From positions 186,001-250,000 of the forward strand of contig NW_002060960.1 in assembly GCF_000150275.1 (NCBI RefSeq): a DNA stretch of 64,000 nt, in the 5' to 3' direction. Both the position numbers and the translations under genes were made by a program. Each line of letters opens with the position of its first letter. The stretch's first letter is position 1. The notes below the pieces were generated by a model. That model ran no database searches. It had not been told where the DNA came from and saw nothing but the letters and a program-made list of their open reading frames with translations. This DNA is from Trichoplax adhaerens (lineage: Eukaryota > Animalia > Placozoa). This document shows, piece after piece, positions 11,466 through 25,042 of the stretch.

Positions 11466-12969
11466 ATTTTACCCCATACGTTTAAAAAATAGACTTTTAG
11501 TGTAAGTTACGCATCAATGAACGACTTACTAGGCATTTAATCATAAGTTTACTCGTTTTCTTGCTATCAGAGATCAAAAATGATCTACGATTAGGAATAG
11601 CTTGGCTTGAAGGTCCAGATTTATGGCATGTAGTCATTATTGCTTCCATGATGGTGATGGTTGAATTAGTGAAGAAAAGAATGCCTTTCTCAGAAAGTTT
11701 CATCGTTATATAGGCGATTCTAATCACCTTAGCTATGGTCCAATTTGCCCAACTATGCACTGTTTATGCAAATTAGAAAATTCTAATTAGATTTTATTGA
11801 GACTACCCTACCTTTATCTACCTATGAATTATCATAAACTAGCTAACTATATGCATGCTCATTTATCATTCATCGAGTTAACGTATTATTAACTAGCTGG
11901 TAGAGATTTCTCGTAATAAGGTGAAATTTAATAATATTATGAGAAGTACTGGAAATTAGGGGAAAAGTAGGCGTAACTTTGGTCAATAAGTATCTCATAG
12001 CCTAGCCTTTGTACACCATTACCGATACATAACTGCAATTCAATGGATTACATCATATTGTTATTTATTATTGCAAAGCAAAAATTTAAAACTTTAAGTT
12101 AAGCAATGACAGTAAGATAGAGCCTTTTAAAATTAGAAAAATACTACTTTGTAAGTATTTAATTGCTATACTGCATTTCTCTATCAAAGATGTTGGTAAT
12201 ACAGATTTTTCGTTGATATAAATACTGTCATGATTTTGCATGGACAATCAAACTACCTAGATGATATTTCATTAAAACCAGCATAAAATTAAAAATAAAA
12301 TGGTCACTTCATGGCATCATGGTGATTATGTCGTTATGTCATACTCTGGGACTATCATCATAAACTCAGATCGCATTGGTATGATTATCTACCTTTATTT
12401 AAGCCGTTATTGGTATTTTGGTAAGGTAGCGTTTATTTTAGTTTTATCATTGTAATTAATATGTACAACTGAAATGAAATGAATCTTTTACGTGATATAT
12501 GAAAAAAAAATCGCTATTTGCTGGCGGTATCAATTTCTCTTTTAGATTTCATTTAGAATAACAGAATAGGATTATGTAGGAAAACTTCTTTACCTAAGGA
12601 TCTTTTGATCACATTTATTTTCAAAGACAACAATAAATCATCCAGTAACGATAGCATAATATAGATGTACATTGCATCGATGACGCGTTGCTTTAATCAC
12701 TTCTATTCAATTTCAGGTTAACGATTGGAATTCCTATACTATATTCTATGATATGAGCAAGTTATTTTTTCGTAGTTCTCTGGTCACGAGCTATTAGCGT
12801 AATTGCTGGGAATTTAGCATGACGATTTCTTGGAATTGCAATGCTGGATATGCTAAGAATGCAATGACGTAACCCTGCCATCGAAATTTCTCTCGAATAC
12901 TTAGAAGTCTATTATTAGCTTGATTTGAGCTTAACCCTTTATGAATTAGTTTAAATTAGATCTACTAGT

Positions 12970-14160
12970 ATTTTAAGAACAGAAGATGATAGTATACAAG
13001 ACGACCAAAAATTAACAATGATCCCAAAACTTCCAGACGATTTCGAGTAGATTACCCGTGATATTCATGAGCAAACACAACGGGTATGTCGTGTATGCTT
13101 CTCAATAAGATATATGTAGTCTACTCTTAGTAAAAGTGATTTTCCACTATATTATAGCATAACTCCATCTAGATATAATCTACATTAACAATTTACACTG
13201 TGGGTATCTCTTTCTACTCTAATTGAATTATATCGTAGAACTACCTTAACATAGAAGTAAGATATCCTTAATAACCATTCGTGTTTACGAGCGATTTTCT
13301 CCTGCTGTGCCAATTGCGTAGTAAAAGAGCTATCTTCATGCCTCAATTTCGTTAGTTAGGTCAGTTAGTTACACAGTAAGCTTGCACGCTTTACCTATTC
13401 TACTTTACAACTATTCGACAAATTTACATCGTTATACATGCTATAACCTTACACGGTTTCTCTTCACACTCATTGCAATAAAGACTCTGCTTTCAATAAA
13501 CAAATTTCTTGATCATTTATTACAATTATGATGAACACTCAATCTTCCGAAACCTCACAGGCTGTATTATTCCTTCTGGTATCATAATCACCTCCGTGCA
13601 ACGATGCCAAATTGTATACCAATAATAAAATAATAAATATAATCATTGATTTAAGGTAAAGGTTTGGGTTAGTGTGCTGCACACTATTCTGAGTAAAGCC
13701 TAATAGGTAAGTAATACTGCGTGGATGGATACCCACTATCGTATGGGTAAATATGCAACGCATCCAGCTGCGCTGACTGTCACTGTTCGTCCACGAATCG
13801 AAAATTATTATAATTAGAATTATATAGACAGCGATTGCATGCAATATACAGGAATGAAGGATTCGCTGCTGTATAAGCAATGCATAAAGTTATTTCTTGG
13901 AATTTGGGCGATAGAATGTGGTGAATCGTATTTTATTTTTCTCCTACATTTTTCAAGCTAGCCAGTTGAATACATTAATTATCGTTCGTGTAGACTATAA
14001 CGTCTTTTTAAAAAAGGGTACGTTAAGTTTGGAATTTTATAATATGAATACAGCAAATCTATATACTGCATAATGCAAAGTAAAACAGTAGAAGTATATA
14101 CAGAACACGAATACATCGAGCATGGGTAAAAATATAGGTAAAAGCAAGGGTAAAAGTTAT
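12970..14160. repeat. Segmental duplication copy B (paralog of 7240-9190)
   Basis: Collinear with copy A, in the same orientation. Confidence 0.9.
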
Positions 14161-14322
14161 CATTATGAGCATTCCTTTAGGTAAAATCGGAATGACTATC
14201 ATATTCCAGTTAGTAGTCCTACAAGTCCTACAAGTAGTCAAAGGCACCAAGCTGTGATGCCATAATGCTATAGTACGGACTGTTGTAGAGTGTAAAAGGG
14301 GCAGGTTCTTCTCCGAGTTTGC

Positions 14323-14866
14323 AACTTGCTTGTATTCTAGTCCTTGACCTTGGACCATCAAGTAGCGCCGCATCGATGACATGCAAATTAGTATAGTAGT
14401 TTGCCGATGCATATTATACAGTTGTAGTAAGTCCATTATTAAGAGTCCACCTTAAATCAGTCTAACTGGATTTAAAAGCCGAATTAAGCTTTATTACAAT
14501 CTAAGCTTATAAAACCTAGCGCATGACCTATTTAGTAATAGTAGTAACATTATCACGCTTCCACACGCTAATCACGGGCATTAAATTACCATATAACTTG
14601 CTTGTATTCTAGTCCTTGACCTTGGACTATCAAGTAGCGCCGCATCGATGACATGCAAATTAGTATAGTAGTTTGCCGATGCATATTATACAGTTGTAGT
14701 AAGTCCATTATTAAGGGTCCACCTTCAATCAGTCTAACTGGATTTAAAAGCCAAATTAAGCTTTATTACAATCTAAGCTTATAAATCCTAGCGCATGACC
14801 TATTTAGTAATAGTAGTAACATTATCACGCTTCCACACGCTAATCACAGGCATTAAATTACCATAT
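14323..14866. repeat. Near-identical 272-bp direct tandem duplication
   Basis: 14323-14594 and 14595-14866 differ by only a handful of substitutions. Confidence 0.95.
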
Positions 14867-15544
14867 TTTGCCCGAGCAAGAACCACTAATCGCATTCAAC
14901 TACGCAAGTAATATAGCTTACGGGAGTCCATATTAGTAATTCCAGACTTTATTCAGAATTTAACTCAAGTACTAAACTTACGGCACTACAACAGCACAAA
15001 AAGAAAAGTGTAGTGCAGCAATCTGATTAGCTAATGGCTCATAAATGATCAAGAGCAGCATTCCCACTTGACATTTAACTTAAAATCGAAATTGCTAGCT
15101 CTCTGAGGCTATGTTCGAAGGATGCCATGTTCCAATATGTCCATCCTATCGTCTTTCTGTAGCAGTGGCTCTATGCGGGACAACTCCTCTCTATGCCAAC
15201 TTCAATGTTCTACTAATAGGCAGTTGTATGCACTATTGAATCATGTTTGGTCATGGAATTCAATGGTTGCCTTGCAAACTACTGTACAGCGGATATTCAT
15301 CACGGTCGCATTATCATTTTTACTATCATTTTGGAGTGGAGAGAGATCATTGAAAGTAAGTGGATTTTCTTCCCCATTGAAGTCATCCTTGATGGCAGAA
15401 TCCAAGCGATAACCCTTAAATTAGTAGTGATCGATACCATTGGAGCTGTACTTGAATAAATGGTGCTCTTAAAGCGATAATCTTCAGCGGTAAAATGACC
15501 GCCATGACCTGGGACTAAAGATCCCTCAAGCCAGTCTAAAGCAT

Positions 15545-15600
15545 CCATTTGACGTGGTGTCAATCGCAATCGGGTGACGGTCGTGTAGCGCTGACGTGAA
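15545..15600. promoter_or_regulatory. CRE-like TGACG(T) cluster upstream of TSC2
   Basis: TTGACGTG, GTGACGG and CTGACGTG lie within ~50 bp of each other, 40-95 nt upstream of the TSC2 ATG. Confidence 0.35.
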
Positions 15601-15640
15601 TGTTGTAACGTGTTGTTGCGTGGTCATCCTCACTTTCAAA

Positions 15641-18600
15641 ATGGATTCCAGCCCTAATCAAAGTGGAAATCAAAGCGGGAATAATTCCCGAAACGCTGGT
15701 CGGAAAGAATCAATTAAAAATAAATTACAACATTTTCTAGGTATCAGGCAAACTACCAATGTTGCAAGGGAAAATAGCCAATCTGCAAAGAGTCCACCCT
15801 TAGAAACGATAGTTTGCTCTGTCAGTGTATTAAAGGTGATGCAGCCTGTTGAAAAAATTCATTGCGTCTATCGCTATGTCGGATAATCATATTCAATCTC
15901 TTAGCATAGGCAATAGTCATCGTTATGGCTTGTAGGCAAAGATCATGTTGTACAATTGTTTATTCCTTTTACCTGTAGGATATCGGTCCTGAATCATCCA
16001 TTACTCAACGTATCAAAGCCTTACGTGATTTACAAAAAGTAATTCAAAAGCACAAGATAGAAAAGGTTTGTTCGATCTCGTATATTACTGAGTCAGTCTG
16101 ATAATAGGTTTACAATATTAATCCATTTCATCTTTCTACTATGCAATGATGGTAGCAAAAGTTTGTTGTAGACGAATGGAGTTGTTGTTGTTGAAGAAAG
16201 CGATTTGCTATTGACTAGTGGAGATATTGTTGAAGAAAATGATGTGCTATAGACTAGTAGAGATATTGTTGAAGAAAATGATGTGCTATAGACTAGTAGA
16301 GATATTATTGAAGAAAATGATTTGTTGTAGACTAGTGGAGTTGTTGTTGTTGTTGAAGAAAGCGATTTGCTATTGACTAGTAGAGATATTGTTGAAGAAA
16401 ATGATGTGCTATAGACTAGTAGAGATATTATTGAAGAAAATGATTTGCTATAGACTAGTAGAGATATTATTGAAGAAAATGATTTGCTATAGACAGAGTA
16501 GAGTTGCTCTTGTTGAAGAATACGATTTGCTATAGCTAGTACAGTTGTTGTTGAAGAGAATGAGTTGTTATAGGCTAGTAGAATTTCTTATTGAAGAAAA
16601 TGAGTTGTTATAGACTAGTAGAATTTCTTGTTGAAGAAAACGACTTGCTATAGATTAGTAGAGTTGCTGTTATTGAAGAAAACGATTTGTTACAGACTAG
16701 TAGAGTTGCTGTTATTGAAGAAAACGATTTGCTATAGACTCGTAGAGTTGTTATTGTTGAAGAAAGTGATTTGCGATTGATTAGTAGAGTTGTTATTGTT
16801 GAAGAAAGTGATTTGCTATAGACTAGTTGAAATATTGTTAAAGAAAGTGATTTGCTATAGACATAGTAGAGTTGCTGTTGAAAGAAAACGATTTGCGATA
16901 GAGTAGTAGAGTTGTTGAAGAAAATGATTTGTGATAGACGAGTAGAATATTGCTGAAAAAAACGATTTATTATATAGACTGGTAGAGTTGCTGTTGTTGA
17001 AGAAAAAGGCTTGCTATGCACTAGTAGGATTGAGTTGTTATGATTGAAGAAAAGGCTTTACTATGGACTAGCAGAATTAACTTGTTAGATAGTGTCACTG
17101 AATCGGTCGTATAGTCTTTTCTGCCTCGTAGTAGTTTAAGAAAAGTTTTATTTATACTCGTAGAATGGAGTTGTTATGAATGAAGAAAATAGTTGCTCTG
17201 CACGGTAGAATAGAGTTCTTATGATTGAAGAAAAGCTTTGCTATAGAATAGTAGAGTCGAGCTATGATGGTTGAAGAAAAGGCTTGCTATACACTAATAG
17301 AATTGAATTGTTAGATTGTGTTACTGAATCAGTTAGGTACACGTATTATTTTGTCTATCAGTTAATCTTTCTACTATGCAATGATTAAGGAAAAGACATG
17401 TTGTGGATGAGTAGAATTGCTCCGTACATTGTGTCACTGAATCATAAAGTAATTGACCTGTTACGTTTTGCACATCTATTAACATTCTGTATGATCGACT
17501 TGTATCTAGTTTGGAATTGAAGCAATATGGGAAGCTATGAAGGACATTATTTTAACTAAGAATTTCTCTATTGAAAATCGCCAGGAAGCATTACTGTTTG
17601 TCAACTATTTAATCTTAAGTCAGGTGAATGCTTAACAATTATGCTTTACTTTGTTTACTAATGGTTAATATATGCGACATATACAAATTGAATGTTGTGA
17701 ATAGGTGGAGTAATTCTAAGAAAATTATCTTCATTTGTTAATACCGTACTGGTTAGAGTATTCAAATCATGGGTAGATAGATAGAATTTGATTTGTTTAC
17801 TTAAAATAGTTCAGTATTATTGCTTGATATGGTGCGAAATATTTCTATTACTGTGGAATAGCCAATCCTAGAGCTCAAGTCTTTATAGGAATACAAGTAC
17901 AACATAGCTTAACTTATCGGACTTGTATCAACGTTACACACTTTACTGTAATAATAATTGACATCGAGATGACTATGATTTGTAGACCTAGTATCTACTG
18001 AATAGCCGGTGGAGAATATCCAAATCTTAATGGAAAAACTTACTGAGAAAAATATCTAATTCGATACCAACGCATTTCATTGAATGCTCGATGTAGTTTT
18101 ATTTAAATGATCTTTCACCGTTTGAAACATTCTTACAATCTGCTGTTGTTAATATACGTATATTGTATTCGTTAACGTTGAAAGATTGAACGAAAAACGA
18201 TATCAACTACTTTCTCCTCTATTATATGTTTGAACTAAACACAATCTATTCTAATTATTGATGTTTTATTTAAATTGATATGCAGAGAGATCAATTGGAA
18301 ATCCTTCGACTGTATTTCTTTAGATTTATCAAAGAAAAATTAACGGATAGTATGGATATGCCATATCGGTAATTAACGTCTCCGACAATGTTTAAAGTGA
18401 CAACACTGTTAATATTTACTATGTGTAATTGGTTTATGTCCATATATGCTGCGTTGTATGGCAACTTGTAAATATAATGCATTAAAGACTGGCTTATCTA
18501 ATACATATAATACGTAATTTTGTAAAATACTTTCTATAACTCAAAGTACCATCCTTTCTAGAACTTAAATAGAATGAATCATGCTTATATTAAATTTTTA

Positions 18601-21600
18601 TTAAAAATTAGGCTTGAGATGTTAAAAGCTTTAACAAATTGTGGAAAAGATGTTAGCTACTTTCAAGAAGAGATAGGTAAGTTAACATTGAATAAGTATA
18701 CTTAAAAAACTTTACTTTATTTCATTTCACACAACGGATCATTAAAGGATAATGTGATTTACTAGGTCGAAACAGTAATTGTAAATGTGACAAAGATAAA
18801 TACTTTTTCCCTATTTCATTTTTTTAGGCCCTTTCTTGTGTATACTAACTAAGGATATTATATCACTTGGAAAGTATGTAGAGAAATTTTTTTGTTATTA
18901 CAATTTCACTCAATTTAGTTTTCACTTTTATTGCACGATTAATAATTACCATAAAATCCGGTTGTAACATCTGGCTTAACTCCATCTGCTCTTAATCATA
19001 GAGCGCATAATTTCTTACAATTTGTCGCTAATATTTTCCGGTTCAATTCCTGCTGTCTCGATGATAATGAAGTAGAAAATATATTAAGGTAAGAGGCCAT
19101 CTAAATTGGATTTCATTGTATTTTAGTGTAATAATTACTGTAAATTGTTTTTATTTTAATGAGTGAAATGACAACATGGTTTTTTTTAATTTACAGCCAA
19201 ATATGTTATCTTTGTCGATTAACTGAAAATCCCGTCAATTTGAAGGTTCCTGAGATGCTTAAGCTTTATCGATAGTATTGTAGTAATTATAACAACCGTT
19301 AAGATAGCCTGCAAAATATTGATCCCTAATAGGATGTATTAAAATTTGATTTATGCACGTACAATTTTATAGGAGGGACTGAATGTCTTGGATGCAGTTA
19401 TTCGTTATAGCAGTGTCCCTAGTAATGCCTTAGAAGACTTAGTCGCCGTCTTATGTCGTGTGGTAAATTTAAAAGATTTTGCAAATTCAAGTTGGCAAGT
19501 AAGATGAATTAACTTCAATTTTAAACTAGATTAAGTTTATTATTGAAAACAATTGTGTTTTGCAATTTATATAATCTATTTGCTTTTAGATTATGAGAAA
19601 CTTAATTGGTTCTCATCTGGGTCATAGCAGCATTTATACTATGTGCTGTGTATTACAAAACAGGTAAAATTTCATGAGATTTTTATTTGCTTACCCATAG
19701 TACGACATTTGGAGGAATGATAATTATTTTTGACTGTTAGTGAACTCCATCTGATATTGCTATTACAGTGACAACTATCAAGACATAAACTTACTACGAG
19801 GTGCAGTATCATTCATTGGTATTTGTTTATGGGGTCAGCGCAGTGTTGAAGCCATGAAATATTCTTCTACATCTGTTCTTCCGTCGTTTTTACAAGTTCT
19901 TAATTGTAATCAGCCTATTGTTGCGTATGAAATTGCGATATCAATTCAACGTTTGATCAAGAAATATAGCAGCAACTTACAAGTTGTTACGTGGGATATT
20001 TTATTAGATATCATTGAATCTTTAGTTCGTTATTGTCAAGATTCGCAATTGTCTGATGAACGATTAACGGCGGTGACTCATGACATTTTAACACATATTG
20101 AGCAGATCTATGAGTCCAATAGTTACAATGGCCCAACTAAAAAGTTATTTGCGATATTGGAAGCCAACTCTGATACTCGACCTACAAGTAGTGTTTTAGT
20201 TCAAATTTCTTACCATTCTCAATATCTTCACCCTACTACCGATAACTGGTTAGGTAAATTAGCTGCTATGATGGACAAATATTTTAAATTTGATGTTCGG
20301 ACTGAAGTTCGTTGTAAAATGCTTAGTGTGCTATTTGATATTTACCGTATGCATCAATCTATTTACGAAGAAGAAATTATTGGAGACATTGTTGGCCCGT
20401 GCTTGTTGCAATGCGTTATTGACGAAAGAGATCATGGGGTTCGTGTAGTAGTGATCAACTTTTTGATTGATATCATAGTTAATTCGAATGCTCGCATAAG
20501 ATCAGATGTTATCAATACTATGGAATGTATAGTCTGCACGTACCTCCGTATCGATACAAGCGCTGTGGTGGAGGATGGGGAGATGTTGCTACAGGATGTC
20601 AATCTTGCTATCGTTGGTCTAATTGATGCTTTTAAAGAATTATTTCTCAGACAACCTCCGGAATTTGCACAAAAGATATATAACATCCTATTAGATCACT
20701 TACTGCTGCATTATCAACGGAAATTTAATGGACTAACTGCTTGTCAGTTGCGTTGTACTGTGTTTAAATGGCTATTGCAGTTGCGTATAAACCATCGTGG
20801 AAGTGTGGGTGTCATGAAAACGGTCGAAGGTAGAGATATTGTTCAATTTAGTCCCTATTTACTATTTCAAGTAGATGAAAACATAGATAGGGAAGAAGTC
20901 ATAGACGCGACCCAAGCAGATCATCGGTATGAATTGTGGAAAGTGGCAAAAATATCATATGCAAAGGCTACAAATGCGATATTACATTGTTTAGAAACGG
21001 AGCGCGATTGGGCTGTTTTAATTATCGTTTTAAAAAATATGGAACAATTATTGCAATATAAGGAATTAATTCTCAGTGGAAAGAACTTAAACTCAATTTG
21101 TAGATCACTACACTTAATGATTAACGATAATGAAATGTTTTTCCGCCGAATTCAAGGCGTCCCTTATGGAGTATCGATGGAAGATTTTCGAGCATGTGTA
21201 TCATGTGTTCTTGAGGTAATTATATGTTACCACGAACGCCTAGATGTGAGTACGCAAAGCGCACTTGTGAAGTGCTTTGAGAATGGATTAGGTCAAAAGA
21301 GAGCTGATTTATGCGTTAGGTCATTAACTTTATGTCTTTTAGAAATGCCAGATGTAACATTGAAACAGGTGCCAGCTTTACTTCGTATATTTGCAAGCTT
21401 AGAGCATTCAACATCAGTTGCTCAAGCTATTCTAGAATTTTTCTCCGCTTTAACTACATGTCGATACTCCTATAGTAATTTATCGGAAGATGATTACATG
21501 AACATTATCGCTACTCTGGTCCCCCTTGCTAATCCATATAGCTACGCTCACTTTATTGCTATTTTATCGTATCATGTTATTCTTAATTGGTTTGCAAAGT

Positions 21601-24600
21601 GTAATATTCATGTTCGCCAAGCTCTAGCGGGTAACCTTATGAACGCTTTACAAATTGAGTGTCACCAACAGTCCACAGATTCCAGTAGTTCCTCGGTTCG
21701 GCGTTCAACATCTCTTAGGCAGATGGATGATGCCTTAATAGCCGGTCACATCTCTCGTGATAATAGACCTAGAAGTGTTACGGTTAATGTAAGTAATGTT
21801 AGTAACACAATGGTTCCTTTAACTGTCGCCACGGAAAGCTACAAAAACCCTGCAACAAAAGGAAATTTATCCGTCAGTAAAGCTAGACAGTTGCATCAAG
21901 AAATGACTGAAATCTCTTTAGACTTTATTTGCCGTGTTACTTTTGCTTCATATTCTCCCACTTGTAGCAAAAGATCGCAATCTATGGAGATGTTATTACG
22001 TGATGGGTTATCACAGACTTACATTATAAATGGATCAGTTGTTACGATTACAACATCACGAGCTAGTCCTCAGACTACTGATATCTCTACTGCATCTAAA
22101 GATGATAAGCAAAGCTTTATTTCAGAACAAAATCGTCAACAAGGGACATCGGATATCTCGCCAAGTTCAACTATAGATGCATTCGGATATGAAGGTCAAG
22201 ATACTGGTTACCGTAAGAACTTATCTTGTAGTTGTGCAGAAATTGTAATACGTCGAGCCACCGGCAATGTGTCCTGGGTGATACAAACTAATAACAAACT
22301 AAGTGAGCAGCCCTTTCATCGGGAACTTAATGAAATCCTCTGTGAAAATGATATATTCACGATGAAGCGAGGATCAGGATTAAAGAATCGTACAACTGAG
22401 CTTCCTGAATTAACAGAACTTACCAAGGTGAACGATTTCCGTCAAGGCAGCCAGTCCGAGCGAAGATTTAACAAAATTAGAGAAGTAGAGGAGCATCAAA
22501 TTCCAGGTTCGTACGGTGTGTTTCCAATCCTTTAATTTTAATTTTAGTAAGACTTTTCCTTTCGGAATCCCAAATTAGATAAGACTACTGATATAGAAAA
22601 GAAATTTCAGCAGATGACTGACCCAAATGTATCTAACAATGCAGCATCTCGCTTGGTAAGAAGTCACATAAATATCCTTTTCATAATCATTATAATCATA
22701 CATGCTCTTAAATTTTAGGGAAGACAATCCGTATCGAGTAGTAATTCATTCGATGATTATTCCAGTATCGATTTATCTGGTACAGTATATGATTAATTGT
22801 TAATATTTTTAAACATTCTTAGCTCACTTTATTTTTTTTTATGTAGTTAAATCATCGTCATACGATCAACTTAGCGGCCGATTGCAACAGTTGCAACCAG
22901 ATTCAGATAATCAAGTAAGACTTGTTGATGAACCAATTTATCTGATTGCTAATTGGTTAATTTCAATGAAGCATTAACAAAGATTTATAACATTAAGAAG
23001 CTGTTACGCACGGTCTTGTTTTCGTTGTTCAATGCTAACATATAACTGTGTGAATTCGAATTTCTGTAGATATTCTTAGGCGAATCTTCAAGCGATCATA
23101 TCTCTGTCAACATGATGAAGGAGGATGTAAAAGGAGATACTGCCGGTCGAGCAAAATCATTGGACAATGAGCGACCAAACAAATTACCAGTAGATGACGC
23201 CTGTTTGAATAAAAGTAGTATTATTTTAAATGAAGACGCTTCAGAGGAAAATGCTGCTATCGTTGAAGAAAATCCCACTTATACTAAAACCAAATCAGGT
23301 GCTTAAATGTAATAATTAAAATCTGTGTGCTTACGTTAAGAGGATCGGGTTGCAGCTAAAGGAAATGATTTAACTTTTACTATTGATTTTAATGTAATAG
23401 CTCAAATAAGGCAATCGTTGCGAACTAAGGAGGACTTGCATAATGAACTTACACCAAGGTTAGCAAATAGCTGGAAATGATAATAGTGTCTGAAAGCCGA
23501 GTTAAAATTTCAATTCATGTATCTGTTTGATTCCTAGTTATGTATTGTTTCATATCCTTCAACTACCTATCGTTGGAATGGACTATTCTAATATAACAGT
23601 CGTTCCGAATGTCGAGGTATACGACTGTAATTATTAACTAATTTTTCTAGTGTAATTTTCTGAGTAATAAATAATTCTCAAAGGGATTAAAATCCTTCAA
23701 AAATTAATTATTAAGGTTTTAAATCGAGCAATTAATCAAATCGATCGAATACCACCATTTAGTACCCATAAAATTGGTTTAGTTTATGTAGATAAAGGGC
23801 AGGTAGGAGTTGCTTTATCATAAATGTTGTGACTTTCGTTTTTGAGTACTGCACGCTTATAATACCAAGATATAATAATTATGTACATCTAGGAAAATAA
23901 TGAGCAGGCTATATTAAAGAATACTTTTGGATCCAAAAATTATCAAAATTTTTTGAACGAATTGTCCGATTTAATCGATTTGCAAAACCCTTCAACTTTA
24001 CATATTTATACGGGTGGTCTTGATCGCAGTGGAGCTGATGGTAATTTTGCTTGTGCATGGCAAGACGCCACTACTCAAGGTACTACATATGTTGTAAAAC
24101 GTACGATTTAATACAAAAATTGATGATAATTACTATGACTTTGTTATACCTTCTGGTCTAGTTATTTTTCATGTGGCAACACTTATGCCTAATAAAGAAA
24201 CAGATTCCTCTTGCCGTAGCAAGAAAATGCACATCGGAAATGATTTTGTTACCATCGTATATGATGATTCTGATGCAGGATATCAGTTTGAAACGGTTAC
24301 GGTAAGTCAGTGACCGTTTTGCTATTTGTTGATAAGTTATGTTTCAACTCGAGCGTTAAACTAATTAAAGTAAATTATATTATCTGCAATTTTAGGGTCA
24401 ATTTAATTTTGTTGAAATAGTTATCAGAAGTATTAGTCATGGATTAAACACCATTATGGTTCATGTTAAAAACGAATGCAAAGCAGCAGTGGAGGAATTT
24501 AATTTACGGCAACAATTAGTTATATCTGATGCTTCCTTGGCTAATATAGTCAGACAAATGGCTATTCAGTACAATGTTAGTTCCTACAGAAATAAATATA

Positions 24601-24903
24601 TTTGCTGTTAGTACGGAAATTTGTAGTAACGTAATGACGTTTATATTGTTTGTGCAGATGTTGGCCACTCTGGTCTACAATAATCCCCAAGCAGCTGTTA
24701 TGTCGTACACCTTGAATTGGGTTGAACGCTTGCGAAGAATCAAAAAATTAAATGATCAAACGGCCGAAATAGAACGTTCGAAAGTATCACCTCCTATGGG
24801 CGATATTCCACAGCAAGATATCGATGCCAATGTTACGAAATCCGTCACCTGTAGCAAAGTTTTACTGGAGACCTTGTCCAAAAATTCGGTGATTCGTAAA
24901 TGA
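15641..24903 (+). CDS. TSC2: Tuberin (TSC2), Rheb GTPase-activating protein
   Basis: Exon 1 is 15641-15835 (ESIKNKLQHFLG). Small exons encode IEAIWEAMKDII, LEMLKALTNCGKDVSYFQEEI and IMRNLIGSHLGHSSIYTMC. A large exon at 19769-22506 carries LLRGAVSFIG..TSVLPSF..VAYEI..QVVTWDILL and IRRATGNVSW. The RapGAP domain at ~23716-24580 has THKIGLVYV, YTGGLD, IFHVATLMP, KKMHIGNDFV (Asn thumb intact) and GQFNFV. It is followed by NWVERLRRIK and stop TGA at 24903. Confidence 0.96.
16165..17310. repeat. Intronic 39/42-bp minisatellite in TSC2 intron 2
   Basis: Unit GACTAGTAGAGATATTGTTGAAGAAAATGATTTGCTATA repeated roughly 25 times. Length variants come from (GTT)n, and the units decay toward both ends. Confidence 0.95.
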
Positions 24904-25042
24904 AAACTCTTTATGCTTTTTAGCAATTTTTGGAATTAAAATCGAAAATTTTTATAATAGTATAGGCAAAACTCTTTTGACTTTAATAGTAATTAAGTTT
25001 GCCAGAGTTTACAATATTGTTCTTCGATAATTCGGACGATAG

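Noticed and set aside
20432-20686. Antisense ORFs inside the large TSC2 and SMG1 exons
   Set aside because: These are expected shadows of long coding exons with no independent signals.
22670-22685. ATATCCTTT as a U12 (AT-AC) donor
   Set aside because: It lies inside an ordinary GTAAG...AG intron and is not at an exon boundary.
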